Origin: a virus
Lineage: Duplodnaviria; Caudoviricetes
Length of the DNA stretch: 36,301 nt
Strand: one strand, 5' to 3'
IMG/VR virus record: IMGVR_UViG_3300020045_002765
Location: 1 to 36,301 of that record
The position numbers and the translations under genes were made by a program. Each line of letters starts with the position of its first letter. The first letter of the stretch is position 1. Of this stretch, positions 27,191-34,767 are shown piece by piece. The notes under the pieces were generated by a model, which saw only the letters and a program-made list of their open reading frames with translations, did no database searches and was not told where the DNA came from.

Positions 27191-27666
27191 TTTTCCAGTA
27201 TTGCTTTTATCCTGATTGATGCGTGTTGCCTTGTGATCTTAATACCTTTCTCCTTCGTAACCTGCTCTAACTTTGAAGTTGACATTCCACACTTTAACCA
27301 GAGATTGATCCAAAGCCTTTCTTTTTCGTTTAAGAGGTCAATCATTTCTTTTATCCCTTTAGCGTGGAGGAATCGGTGCTGATCGTTTGCTGAGGTTATT
27401 TCACTATACTCACTGGTTCGGCGGGTGTTGTTTTGTCGCTTGTCACTTATAACTTTGTTTCTTGCTACCCGGTAAAGCCAGTACTTTAATTCATTCCGGG
27501 CGTGGATTGATAATGTTCTCTCTTGATCGTCGTAGCACTTCAGAACTAAATCCTGTCGCAAATCCTCCCGATCCTCTTTGTTCAAAGGAAACATTCTCGA
27601 CACCTCCTCAACGATAGGAACTATTTCAACCATGACTGAGGCGAAGTATTTCATTTGCAATTTCAA
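27151..27666 (-). CDS. ECF-like RNA polymerase sigma factor
   Basis: Region 2 (EDLRQD..L, WLYRVARN...D..R) and region 4 (L.EKER...L....GMS...) in a 171-aa protein. Confidence 0.75.
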   Translation of the reverse strand: MKLQMKYFASVMVEIVPIVEEVSRMFPLNKEDREDLRQDLVLKCYDDQERTLSIHARNELKYWLYRVARNKVISDKRQNNTRRTSEYSEITSANDQHRFLHAKGIKEMIDLLNEKERLWINLWLKCGMSTSKLEQVTKEKGIKITRQHASIRIKAILEKWKHLEIFLPSSD

Positions 27667-28261
27667 TCTGTCTGGTTTGTTTCCCGGCTGATTCTGTCTT
27701 TTGAATAGAATCTTCTACTGGTTGCTGAATGATCCATTGGGCCTCATGCTCTGCGCAAATCAAAGTCTTTTTATTCTTGATCGCTTCCAACGAAAATACA
27801 AGGTCGCTCATTCTTTTGTCAGGTGACTTGTAAAGTTCGGTAGGGCAAAAGTAGTCCGTCCTAAATCCCATTACGCCCGTTCCTACGACATGAACGTTGT
27901 GAGATGCCATTTGGCCTGCCCTGAAGTCATACACCCTATGCTTGTTTCCGTAGTAAGATGTAACGGGGTCTTTCAAAATCCTCCCGTGAAATGAAATGAT
28001 TGACTTGTACATATCAATCCAATACTTCAGTTTCTCGACGTAATTGGGCTCAAAGATTAAATCGTCATCGCAGCAAAGGTAGTACTCTGGCTCTGATAAA
28101 AACTGAAGCCAATAAAATTTAGCGTTGTCTGCATAATCTACCGGGGCCGTAGCATTATTGTAAACGCGCACCTTGTCGCATTGATCCATGAGGCCCGCAA
28201 TTGTTTTCTTCAGTTGCTCAGGACGGTTGCCGCGTGTGGCTATGTTCGCCGAAATAATCAT
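27626..28261 (-). CDS. Glycosyltransferase, GT-A fold
   Basis: IAT...R...L, D..KF, CDDD.I, GTG, M.D motifs. Confidence 0.8.
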   Translation of the reverse strand: MIISANIATRGNRPEQLKKTIAGLMDQCDKVRVYNNATAPVDYADNAKFYWLQFLSEPEYYLCCDDDLIFEPNYVEKLKYWIDMYKSIISFHGRILKDPVTSYYGNKHRVYDFRAGQMASHNVHVVGTGVMGFRTDYFCPTELYKSPDKRMSDLVFSLEAIKNKKTLICAEHEAQWIIQQPVEDSIQKTESAGKQTRQIEIANEILRLSHG

Positions 28262-28521
28262 TCGTTTGATTCCTTTTGCAATTCGCTTGCGTTTTCCTTT
28301 AGGTAATTCCCAATCCTCCTGTGGCTTGCCTCAACCTGCTCGGCACCAAAACCACGGTATTTAACCCTCGCTGCTTTTGCGCTGCCCTCTATTGCCTTTC
28401 CATCCTCCCCGACTTCTATCGTTATTGCCCACCCGAATGCATGAAGAATGCTGTTGACAAACAGGAATAAACCTGTGTGCCGAAATTCTTCCCAAGTTTT
28501 AGAGGTAACCATGTCATTCAT
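28258..28521 (-). CDS. Hypothetical protein
   Basis: W.EFR..GL..FVN..LH.FGWAI...RGF motif. Confidence 0.7.
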   Translation of the reverse strand: MNDMVTSKTWEEFRHTGLFLFVNSILHAFGWAITIEVGEDGKAIEGSAKAARVKYRGFGAEQVEASHRRIGNYLKENASELQKESNE

Positions 28522-29177
28522 CTGTATCGGTTTTTAATTTCTTCGTGAACCTTTGCCCGTTCAACTTGGTTGGCCGCTTTACCTAAACTCTTTTGGTAGT
28601 CGTGCCTCCGGTAAATGTACAAAAACTTATTGCAGTAACCCATTTTCTTACCTGACTTCAAAAGGTTCAAAGTCAAATCCATTTCTTCAGCCGTGTTAAT
28701 AGTAGGGTCAAACTTAAAGCCCTGCTTGAATAGTTCAGCCTTGTAGAACAATGTACCACCGTGAACGTAGTTGCCCTCGCAAATTGTTTCAATCGTTGGT
28801 GAGGTCAGTTTCGGAAAGTACAATTTATCCACATGGCTGCCGTCTTGCATCATGTGACGGTTGATTGAGTTGCCATGAAGAAAATCACATTTCTGTTCTA
28901 ACATTGCCTCTACGCTTGCCTCAATGCTTATAGGGGTTAGTTCGTCATCTTCGCAAAGGTACTTGATAAACTTTCCTTTTGCTTTCTTGATAAGGAAATT
29001 AAGGTTCTCGGACGTGTTCATTGATGCGTGGTCGGGATTGAGCAAATCCGATCGGAGTAGTTCTATCTCGCCTTGATAGGTTTGATTATAGACCGATTCG
29101 CGGGCTAGTTGCATCCATCCGCGATCTTTGGCGAAGAATAACAAAATTGAAACTTTCGGGAGTTTACTCATGGTCAA
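28518..29177 (-). CDS. Glycosyltransferase family 2
   Basis: PKVSI, SV.NQTY, AKGKFI.YL.EDD, HGGT, YR.H..Q.S motifs. Confidence 0.9.
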   Translation of the reverse strand: MTMSKLPKVSILLFFAKDRGWMQLARESVYNQTYQGEIELLRSDLLNPDHASMNTSENLNFLIKKAKGKFIKYLCEDDELTPISIEASVEAMLEQKCDFLHGNSINRHMMQDGSHVDKLYFPKLTSPTIETICEGNYVHGGTLFYKAELFKQGFKFDPTINTAEEMDLTLNLLKSGKKMGYCNKFLYIYRRHDYQKSLGKAANQVERAKVHEEIKNRYR

Positions 29178-30072
29178 ATATAAATTTTGCTAATCGGTTT
29201 CCGGTGGCTTGGTAGGAGTGGTTTTTAACCATTGCTTTGTGAATTAGTTCCTGAACTTTTTTAATACTTTCTTCATGCTTTTCAAATGCGCTTTGAATCG
29301 TATTAACCAAAATAGAATAAAAGGAAGCCGGATCATTCGGAGTCGCAAATGGCTGATTGCCGTAAGCATTTACGTACACCTCTCGATGAAGGTTATTTGT
29401 GATAACCAATTTCCCCATCGCAGCGGCTTCCAATGCGGTAACACCAAAGCACCCGTAAGGTTTGCCGTTTAACTCAGGCTTGAAAAGTTCTATGTAAACA
29501 TCACACTCGGCTATTCTTTTTAACTGCTCTTTGTGAGATACTAACTTCGTTGAGTGAAGCCACTCGAATTGTCCCTCGAAAGGTTTGAGCATTTCGATAA
29601 TCTCTTTGGTTCCCTTTACTACTGGTTCTGATGGGTAGTGACCTATTTTTAATTTGCCTCCCTTATACAGCGGCGCAAGGGGCAACTCAACCGGACTGAC
29701 AAGGTAGAAGTGGTTGCCCAAACTCATGAACTCCGTTTGATCGGTAACACTTCGATAGCCCTTAAATAACGCTTCGTAATGTTCCGGCCTGTCCCGGTAC
29801 CTTGTTCCGGTGTGGTAAACGATTATCTCGCCTCTCCCGTAGCGTTGGGCCATGTCTAATAATCTGTGGTCAGAGTGCATCACTTGGATAACATCTGCCT
29901 TGCGAATTAAGGGTATCATGTCCCGAAGTTCCAAAACGGGAGAATCCGAGCCGTACTTAAACCTGTGTTTGCGGTTGGTCACATCAACACAATCCAGCCC
30001 AATAGACCGCAACGCCCTCGCAATGTTGTGAGAGTAATTGGAATAGTCATCAGTTGAGACGTTAAGTATCAT
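29164..30072 (-). CDS. Glycosyltransferase, GT-B fold (GT4-like)
   Basis: IGH.PS....KGT, CD.YI, G.FG...LEAAAMGK.VI motifs. Confidence 0.85.
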   Translation of the reverse strand: MILNVSTDDYSNYSHNIARALRSIGLDCVDVTNRKHRFKYGSDSPVLELRDMIPLIRKADVIQVMHSDHRLLDMAQRYGRGEIIVYHTGTRYRDRPEHYEALFKGYRSVTDQTEFMSLGNHFYLVSPVELPLAPLYKGGKLKIGHYPSEPVVKGTKEIIEMLKPFEGQFEWLHSTKLVSHKEQLKRIAECDVYIELFKPELNGKPYGCFGVTALEAAAMGKLVITNNLHREVYVNAYGNQPFATPNDPASFYSILVNTIQSAFEKHEESIKKVQELIHKAMVKNHSYQATGNRLAKFIFDHE

Positions 30073-30797
30073 GACGAAGTAGTGGCTTTAAGCGCGATAG
30101 CAATTCCCTGCGGCACCAAGTCCTGAATCTCAAAGGCGCATTTATAAAACGGTGGTTGCGGGTTTTTGTACTGCTTTTTCCGGGTTAATGAAATCCGGCT
30201 GAAACCATCCGTGTCCACCCCGTCCTGCCAGTTGTCCGACTCATCAATAAAAACTACTGGTTCAATTATGTTTGAGGCCAACCAGAAATCCACTCCTGAC
30301 CATTTAGCCTCCCGTGGAATGGCTCTCAGTTCTTTTATTCCGATTGTCATGTTTAAACCCGTTCCTCCGTTGTTACGATATAGCATCAACTGGCCTGTGT
30401 CAATGTGGTAAAAACAACCCTCGTTTGATTGAATCCAGTTGTACCCCAAAGCCAAAGCGTCGACTGCGGTTTGTATTCTTTTGGGCTCAGAGTAACAATC
30501 ACTCGCCTGTAACATTAACCCTAATGAATCCCGGTGGGCGTGTTTGCCAAAGAATAACCACTTCTCCGAAAGCGGAACCCGTTCTTTTGAGTACCAGTAC
30601 CGGACGTTTTTGCATCCGGCTTCGGCTAATCTCTCTCCGTATTGCTTGTAAAACTTTAACCCTAGAGGTTTGTCAGAATCTTCGTAGATAAACAACTCCC
30701 AATCGTGGGTAGTTTCTTGGCGGCAAAGACTCTCCATTGCAAGCCAAGCAATAGGTGAACAATAGTTTGGTAGGCCGACCGTCAGCATAGACGCCAT
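30069..30797 (-). CDS. Glycosyltransferase, GT-A-like (divergent)
   Basis: TVGLP.Y, ESL..Q....WEL, ASD..S.P.R motifs. Confidence 0.65.
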   Translation of the reverse strand: MASMLTVGLPNYCSPIAWLAMESLCRQETTHDWELFIYEDSDKPLGLKFYKQYGERLAEAGCKNVRYWYSKERVPLSEKWLFFGKHAHRDSLGLMLQASDCYSEPKRIQTAVDALALGYNWIQSNEGCFYHIDTGQLMLYRNNGGTGLNMTIGIKELRAIPREAKWSGVDFWLASNIIEPVVFIDESDNWQDGVDTDGFSRISLTRKKQYKNPQPPFYKCAFEIQDLVPQGIAIALKATTSS

Positions 30798-31294
30798 TCA
30801 AAAAGAAATACGTTCTTCAGCATCTCAACCTCTAAAGTTGGTTCGCCCAATACATCAGTTAAGTCTTTGCGGTCGATCTGGACGGTGTGGTTTTTATCAG
30901 GTTCGATTCCTATTCCGGTTAAGATGACAATGTTTTCTTTTGCTACGTTTTTCAACCCCTTCAGCGCCAATTCAACATCACGAACATTATCAAGGGCAGC
31001 AAGCATAAAAACGGTATCATATCGGTCAACTACTTTCACAAGACTTTCTGCACTTAATGTGTGAACTGATTTGTCCAGCGGGAATGGGTCAATTGCAGTG
31101 TACTTTGTTTTAAGTGGGATAATTGATGATAGGTAGCGCTGGCCTGCGCCAACGTCTAAAACGTCCGACCCAACGTGAACGAGATCAACTATTTTTGCAT
31201 AGATATCGAGACTTGGCGGTGAGGCTCTGTTTTTTCTCCACTCAGCAAGGCCAGCGGCTTTCTCTTTCCAAACTTTTTCAGTTACTTTTTTCAT
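30782..31294 (-). CDS. Class I SAM-dependent methyltransferase
   Basis: VLDVGAG, Y..IDP, YDTV...A.LD.V.D motifs. Confidence 0.85.
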   Translation of the reverse strand: MKKVTEKVWKEKAAGLAEWRKNRASPPSLDIYAKIVDLVHVGSDVLDVGAGQRYLSSIIPLKTKYTAIDPFPLDKSVHTLSAESLVKVVDRYDTVFMLAALDNVRDVELALKGLKNVAKENIVILTGIGIEPDKNHTVQIDRKDLTDVLGEPTLEVEMLKNVFLFEWRLC

Positions 31295-31545
31295 AGTTTA
31301 TTAAAATAAAAGATAAGCTGAATGGTGTAGGTAAGATTTCCGTTGTGTTCCCCGACTCCCGGCAAGACATGGGAAGAAGTCAGACGATACTCTTGGCTCC
31401 ACGCCTCAAAGAGATATTCCTGAAGAGTCAGTTCTTCGACGCCCACGTAAAAGTCAACGACTTCAATTTTGTTTTCAAGTTTCTTTTTCATCATGCGAAT
31501 ATTGCCCACCAAAAACAGAGTGAAGCCAGTATCATTATTAACCAA
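31291..31545 (-). CDS. Hypothetical protein (start uncertain)
   Basis: Stop overlaps the next start. Confidence 0.5.
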   Translation of the reverse strand: MVNNDTGFTLFLVGNIRMMKKKLENKIEVVDFYVGVEELTLQEYLFEAWSQEYRLTSSHVLPGVGEHNGNLTYTIQLIFYFNKL

Positions 31546-31546
31546 A

Positions 31547-31554
31547 CAAATATA
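31547..31554 (-). promoter_or_regulatory. Host-type -7 element TATATTTG upstream of the glycosylation cluster
   Basis: TAnnTTTG in an intergenic gap. Confidence 0.55.
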
Positions 31555-31579
31555 CGAAATCTTTTTTCACTCATGATAT

Positions 31580-31789
31580 TTAATGGTTACTAAACCATCC
31601 GGGTCTCTCACACTCTCCGACTAATCTATCGAGATTAACTGCCTGTTTTGTCCTTCCGAAACCACCCCAAAAGAATTTTAAAACAACTAATGATCCGCAT
31701 ACTTCAACGGCTTTGCCCTTTATCCCGTTTTCAAAGCCGTATCTATGTATCATATACCAATGGCCTATTTTAATGTCTTCTGCTTTCAT
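31580..31789 (-). CDS. Hypothetical SH3-like small protein
   Basis: DIKIG.WY N-terminus; operon position. Confidence 0.6.
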   Translation of the reverse strand: MKAEDIKIGHWYMIHRYGFENGIKGKAVEVCGSLVVLKFFWGGFGRTKQAVNLDRLVGECERPGWFSNH

Positions 31790-31801
31790 TTGATTAAAGT
31801 T

Positions 31802-31975
31802 TTATTCATCGAAATACTCTTTTCCGGCCCATCCCAAACCTATACCTATTCCAACACTCAGAAACGTAGGGGTAAAGGTAGGGAATGTCCAGTAACATAT
31901 CAAACTGAAAACACCTACTACTGCCCAAATGGTTGCTAGGGATAGGATGAATTCTAAAATGTCTTGTCGTTTCAT
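31802..31975 (-). CDS. 57-aa two-TM membrane protein
   Basis: MKRQDILEFILSLATIWAVVGVFSLICYW...LSVGIGIGLGWAGKEYFDE with an ATGA overlap. Not in the ORF track. Confidence 0.65.
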   Translation of the reverse strand: MKRQDILEFILSLATIWAVVGVFSLICYWTFPTFTPTFLSVGIGIGLGWAGKEYFDE

Positions 31976-32232
31976 CTTATCCTGTATTGAAAAATGTTTC
32001 CGTTTCTATCTACTCCATGCCTTACTAACTGTGTTATGCCGTCACTCATTTTAAGTTGGTCAACTTCGTACCAGCGGGATTCATAGATTAATTGTTTGTC
32101 GTTGCGTGGCCTCGGTTTGGCGGGGTATTCGTGGGTAAAAATAAAGTAGGCCCCGATTGCGATTGTGCACGCAAAATAAAACAGGGCTTCGATAAGCCCA
32201 GAGCCATTCGGTTCTCTAAAAAGTTTTTTCAT
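31972..32232 (-). CDS. Membrane-anchored hypothetical protein
   Basis: One TM helix; overlaps its neighbours. Confidence 0.6.
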   Translation of the reverse strand: MKKLFREPNGSGLIEALFYFACTIAIGAYFIFTHEYPAKPRPRNDKQLIYESRWYEVDQLKMSDGITQLVRHGVDRNGNIFQYRIR

Positions 32233-32450
32233 CGTCTCTCTAGGATTGCTTTGTAAATATCCGCTAGTGTTTTCTTGCCTTTCTCCTTTAATTTTCGCCT
32301 GTTAATTTCATCTCTGAAAATTACTGCCTTTTCAAATTGTTCGTTCCGAACGTTATGATCTAAATGCCTTTCCAGTTCAGCAATGGTGTATTTTTTGCCA
32401 GTGCAAATATTAATAAATTCTTCGGGCATTGGTTCGTTGATGCAACTCAT
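32229..32450 (-). CDS. UVR-motif (UvrB/UvrC-type) small protein
   Basis: LE..L...V.NEQFEKA..FRDEI. Confidence 0.65.
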   Translation of the reverse strand: MSCINEPMPEEFINICTGKKYTIAELERHLDHNVRNEQFEKAVIFRDEINRRKLKEKGKKTLADIYKAILERR

Positions 32451-33004
32451 AATATCATTTGTCTTAGTTTCTCTTTATAAATTTCCTTCAATACAATCAA
32501 TTCGGGAATAGTGTAGTGCTTTTCAATGAGTCTATTTTTTTCCAAAAGGTCAAATCTGGCTTGGCCAATTCGCCCAATTAATCCTATTTTGTATTCAGGC
32601 AAATTTCCGTGGCGGTGTTGGTTGCAGTGGACACATTGGCCGTGGCAGTTATCCTCCTCGAATCTGAGCATAGGATAGGAGCCAGCCGGGAAGTAGTGAC
32701 CCGCGTCGAATTTGCCTGTCAATTTTGAACCACACGAAATGCAAGGCTGGTTAACGTCTCGTTGACGAATGTACGAATTGAAAACGACCTGCGTTTCCTT
32801 CACCCACTCTGACTTTGTTTTCAACGACTCCTTCATTTTCTTTTTCTGAACCTTCCAATCCTTTTTCTCTTTGCGCTTGGTGTAGGTCTTGGCCTTATCA
32901 ATCCATGCGGCAACACATTCCTTTTTTAGACAATAACGCTCTAGTGTAGATCGGACGGGAGTAAACCTCTCGCCGCAATGCTTGCACTTTGGTTGTTTAT
33001 TCAT
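32447..33004 (-). CDS. ninG: NinG/Rap recombination endonuclease
   Basis: CxxC, FN.YIR.RD...PCISCG, DAGHY, LRF.E.NCH.QC..CN. Confidence 0.9.
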   Translation of the reverse strand: MNKQPKCKHCGERFTPVRSTLERYCLKKECVAAWIDKAKTYTKRKEKKDWKVQKKKMKESLKTKSEWVKETQVVFNSYIRQRDVNQPCISCGSKLTGKFDAGHYFPAGSYPMLRFEEDNCHGQCVHCNQHRHGNLPEYKIGLIGRIGQARFDLLEKNRLIEKHYTIPELIVLKEIYKEKLRQMIL

Positions 33005-33008
33005 TAAT

Positions 33009-33016
33009 CAAATTTA
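33009..33016 (-). promoter_or_regulatory. Host-type -7 element TAAATTTG upstream of ninG
   Basis: TAnnTTTG ending 4 nt before the ATG. Confidence 0.45.
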
Positions 33017-33060
33017 CAAATTTTTCCCATCCGCACGTCCGCAATGCTGAAACGCACAGC

Positions 33061-33112
33061 GGATAACAGTCGATTCAGCGCCATTGAAACGGCGTGAATC
33101 TTAGTGTTATAG
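33061..33112 (+). mobile_element. attC-like site
   Basis: GGATAAC-AGTC-GATTCA-G-CGCC-ATTGAAAC-GGCG-TGAATC-TTAGT-GTTATAG: AAC/GTT core, inner stem with one unpaired G, unpaired spacer. Confidence 0.7.
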
Positions 33113-33525
33113 GTAATAAAATTAACCCGCCACCGCACCAAGTAAGTCAGTAGGTATTGCAGGTAAAACATTATGTTCCCACCATTCGCTACCATCGTAT
33201 TCGCCTCTTGATAACCAAGTGCCATCTTCTAACCACACAGTTCCGAATAACTCTTGTCCTCCGTAACCGTTATCGTATTTAAAATCCAAAGAGTTGTAAA
33301 AATTTACAAGGTCGGTATCAGTATAGTTTAATAGTAGTTTAAACTTTGGTCTTTCATCTTCACCACTTCCCCAATAATCGCCATTGTAAATTATTGCACA
33401 TTTAATTTTTGCTTTGTCTTTTAAAATCTGTTGTAATTCTTCTTTTGCGTTCATAATGTTTATTTTTATTTTGTTAATATTTCTATTTTCCTTCCCTCAA
33501 AAGGGTTAATTTTACTACCTATAAC
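33106..33525. mobile_element. Cassette-like unit bounded by 23-bp inverted repeats
   Basis: GTTATAGGTAATAAAATTAACCC (33106-33128) versus GGGTTAATTTTACTACCTATAAC (33503-33525), 22/23 complementary. Confidence 0.75.
33122..33454 (-). CDS. Conserved hypothetical phage protein (cassette cargo)
   Basis: YD.GYGGQEL.GTVW..DGTW..R.EYDGSEWW motif; AT-rich codons. Confidence 0.8.
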   Translation of the reverse strand: MNAKEELQQILKDKAKIKCAIIYNGDYWGSGEDERPKFKLLLNYTDTDLVNFYNSLDFKYDNGYGGQELFGTVWLEDGTWLSRGEYDGSEWWEHNVLPAIPTDLLGAVAG

Positions 33526-33591
33526 AGCACCTTAGCGCAATTCCCTTCCCACAAGCCCACGCAAACTGCGCCAACCTGCGGCACATTGGCA
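33519..33591 (+). mobile_element. Degenerate attC-like hairpin
   Basis: CTATAAC-AGCAC-CTTAGCGCAATT...AACTGCGCCAAC-CTGCGGCAC-ATTG: same 5-nt/9-nt spacer layout as the 2708-2834 hairpin, with GTTA replaced by ATTG. Confidence 0.5.
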
Positions 33592-33638
33592 GAAATGCCT
33601 GCGGCCCGGAGTAACCGTAACTCAAATAAACTGAAAGC

Positions 33639-33872
33639 CTACTCACTTTGGGGTGGGTTAAATTTCCTCCAATGCGTTACTATTCCGTCATTGTGTAACC
33701 ACTTCGGATTTTTATTATAGGTATAAGAACAAAGTTCATTCATCTGTACCGAAGCAACAAATCCTTCTCTCGCTGGGGAATAAGTTTCAACCACCTCTGA
33801 CCTTTTCCTTTGGTAGCCATCAACCACTACTTTCATCCACGGCAACTCTGTTTTTACACTTATCCAATCCAT
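33639..33872 (-). CDS. DUF551-like protein
   Basis: MDWISVK..LP ... VTHW...P.PP. Confidence 0.75.
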   Translation of the reverse strand: MDWISVKTELPWMKVVVDGYQRKRSEVVETYSPAREGFVASVQMNELCSYTYNKNPKWLHNDGIVTHWRKFNPPQSE

Positions 33873-33899
33873 AAATTTCAGTTTAATTAGTTACTACTC

Positions 33900-34124
33900 T
33901 TACTCCACGCGCCAAATAGTAGCGACATTCCGGGCATGGTCTATCGCTGTTCTCCACTTCCATTTATTCCCGGTTCGTTTGTTAAAGGCACAGGCGTTGT
34001 TTAAGAGCCTTCCCCGGAGTGTTTTTAATTCACTACCTTGAGCCTCGACTTCAATAGATTCGCTGGGGCTTAGTTGGGCAAAGGGGTATTTTGGTTTGCG
34101 GGTCATGCTTATCGCTTTCTCCAA
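33900..34124 (-). CDS. Small putative DNA-binding protein (paralog A)
   Basis: KYPF..L...ES..V ... W.W......IWRV. Confidence 0.65.
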   Translation of the reverse strand: MEKAISMTRKPKYPFAQLSPSESIEVEAQGSELKTLRGRLLNNACAFNKRTGNKWKWRTAIDHARNVATIWRVE

Positions 34125-34354
34125 ATGGTTACAAAGTACTGACCATTAACAATCTTGTGAGACACGGAGAATTGCCAGTCCAACTTAGCCCTTTTTACCC
34201 AAGCGTAGGCAGATATACGTAGGCTCATTTTAAAGCGATTTAAAGCGGCTTCGGTGGTTGGAAGGTCATACACCTTATTCAATTCGTATTCGTTAAATGG
34301 GTATGCCCTGCGCTTGTCTGGCGTGGCAACCGCTATGTGTTTCGGTTCATTCAT
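34109..34354 (-). CDS. Small putative DNA-binding protein (paralog B)
   Basis: YPF ... A.AW.KR....WQF......TIWR. Confidence 0.65.
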   Translation of the reverse strand: MNEPKHIAVATPDKRRAYPFNEYELNKVYDLPTTEAALNRFKMSLRISAYAWVKRAKLDWQFSVSHKIVNGQYFVTIWRKR

Positions 34355-34358
34355 AAAA

Positions 34359-34477
34359 CAAATATAGTAATAGATATAACACCGACGTTAATACCGTTAA
34401 AACTTAAACAGAATGAATGACCGTTGTAAATGATTAAACAATGTTATACAAGGTATTAATAAAGTTACGTACATTTG
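34359..34477. promoter_or_regulatory. Divergent early promoter region
   Basis: TATATTTG on - (34359-34366) and TACATTTG on + (34470-34477) at the strand switch. Confidence 0.7.
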
Positions 34478-34523
34478 TTTCATAAAGACGGGTCAATGTT
34501 GTCCCTGAGAAAAACAAAAGCAA

Positions 34524-34760
34524 ATGACGAAGTTGAAAGTTTTGCAAGGTGCCTGCTCGCATTGTAAAGGGTTGGGATATCACGAAACAATAACCAACGA
34601 CGACGAGGGAAAAAAATACAAGTTCTCCTGTTGGGTTTGCAAAGGTGACGGCACAACGGCAATATTCCCGTGCGACGATGGTTATGAGTATCTTTTTTTG
34701 GACCAAATTATTAAGCCAGTTGCCCGTCGAATGATGTTGAAAATGAGTAACTTTAACTAA
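34524..34760 (+). CDS. Small DnaJ-type zinc-finger protein
   Basis: CSHCKGLG and CWVCKGDG (CxxCxGxG twice). Confidence 0.7.
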   Translation: MTKLKVLQGACSHCKGLGYHETITNDDEGKKYKFSCWVCKGDGTTAIFPCDDGYEYLFLDQIIKPVARRMMLKMSNFN

Positions 34761-34767
34761 ATATAAA

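Noticed and set aside
33004-33225. 73-aa ORF on the - strand
   Set aside because: It overlaps the real gene in another frame and translates the attC-like hairpin.
34434-34706. Minus-strand ORFs opposite the zinc-finger gene, and other antisense ORFs in the track
   Set aside because: They are shadow ORFs of well-supported genes on the opposite strand.
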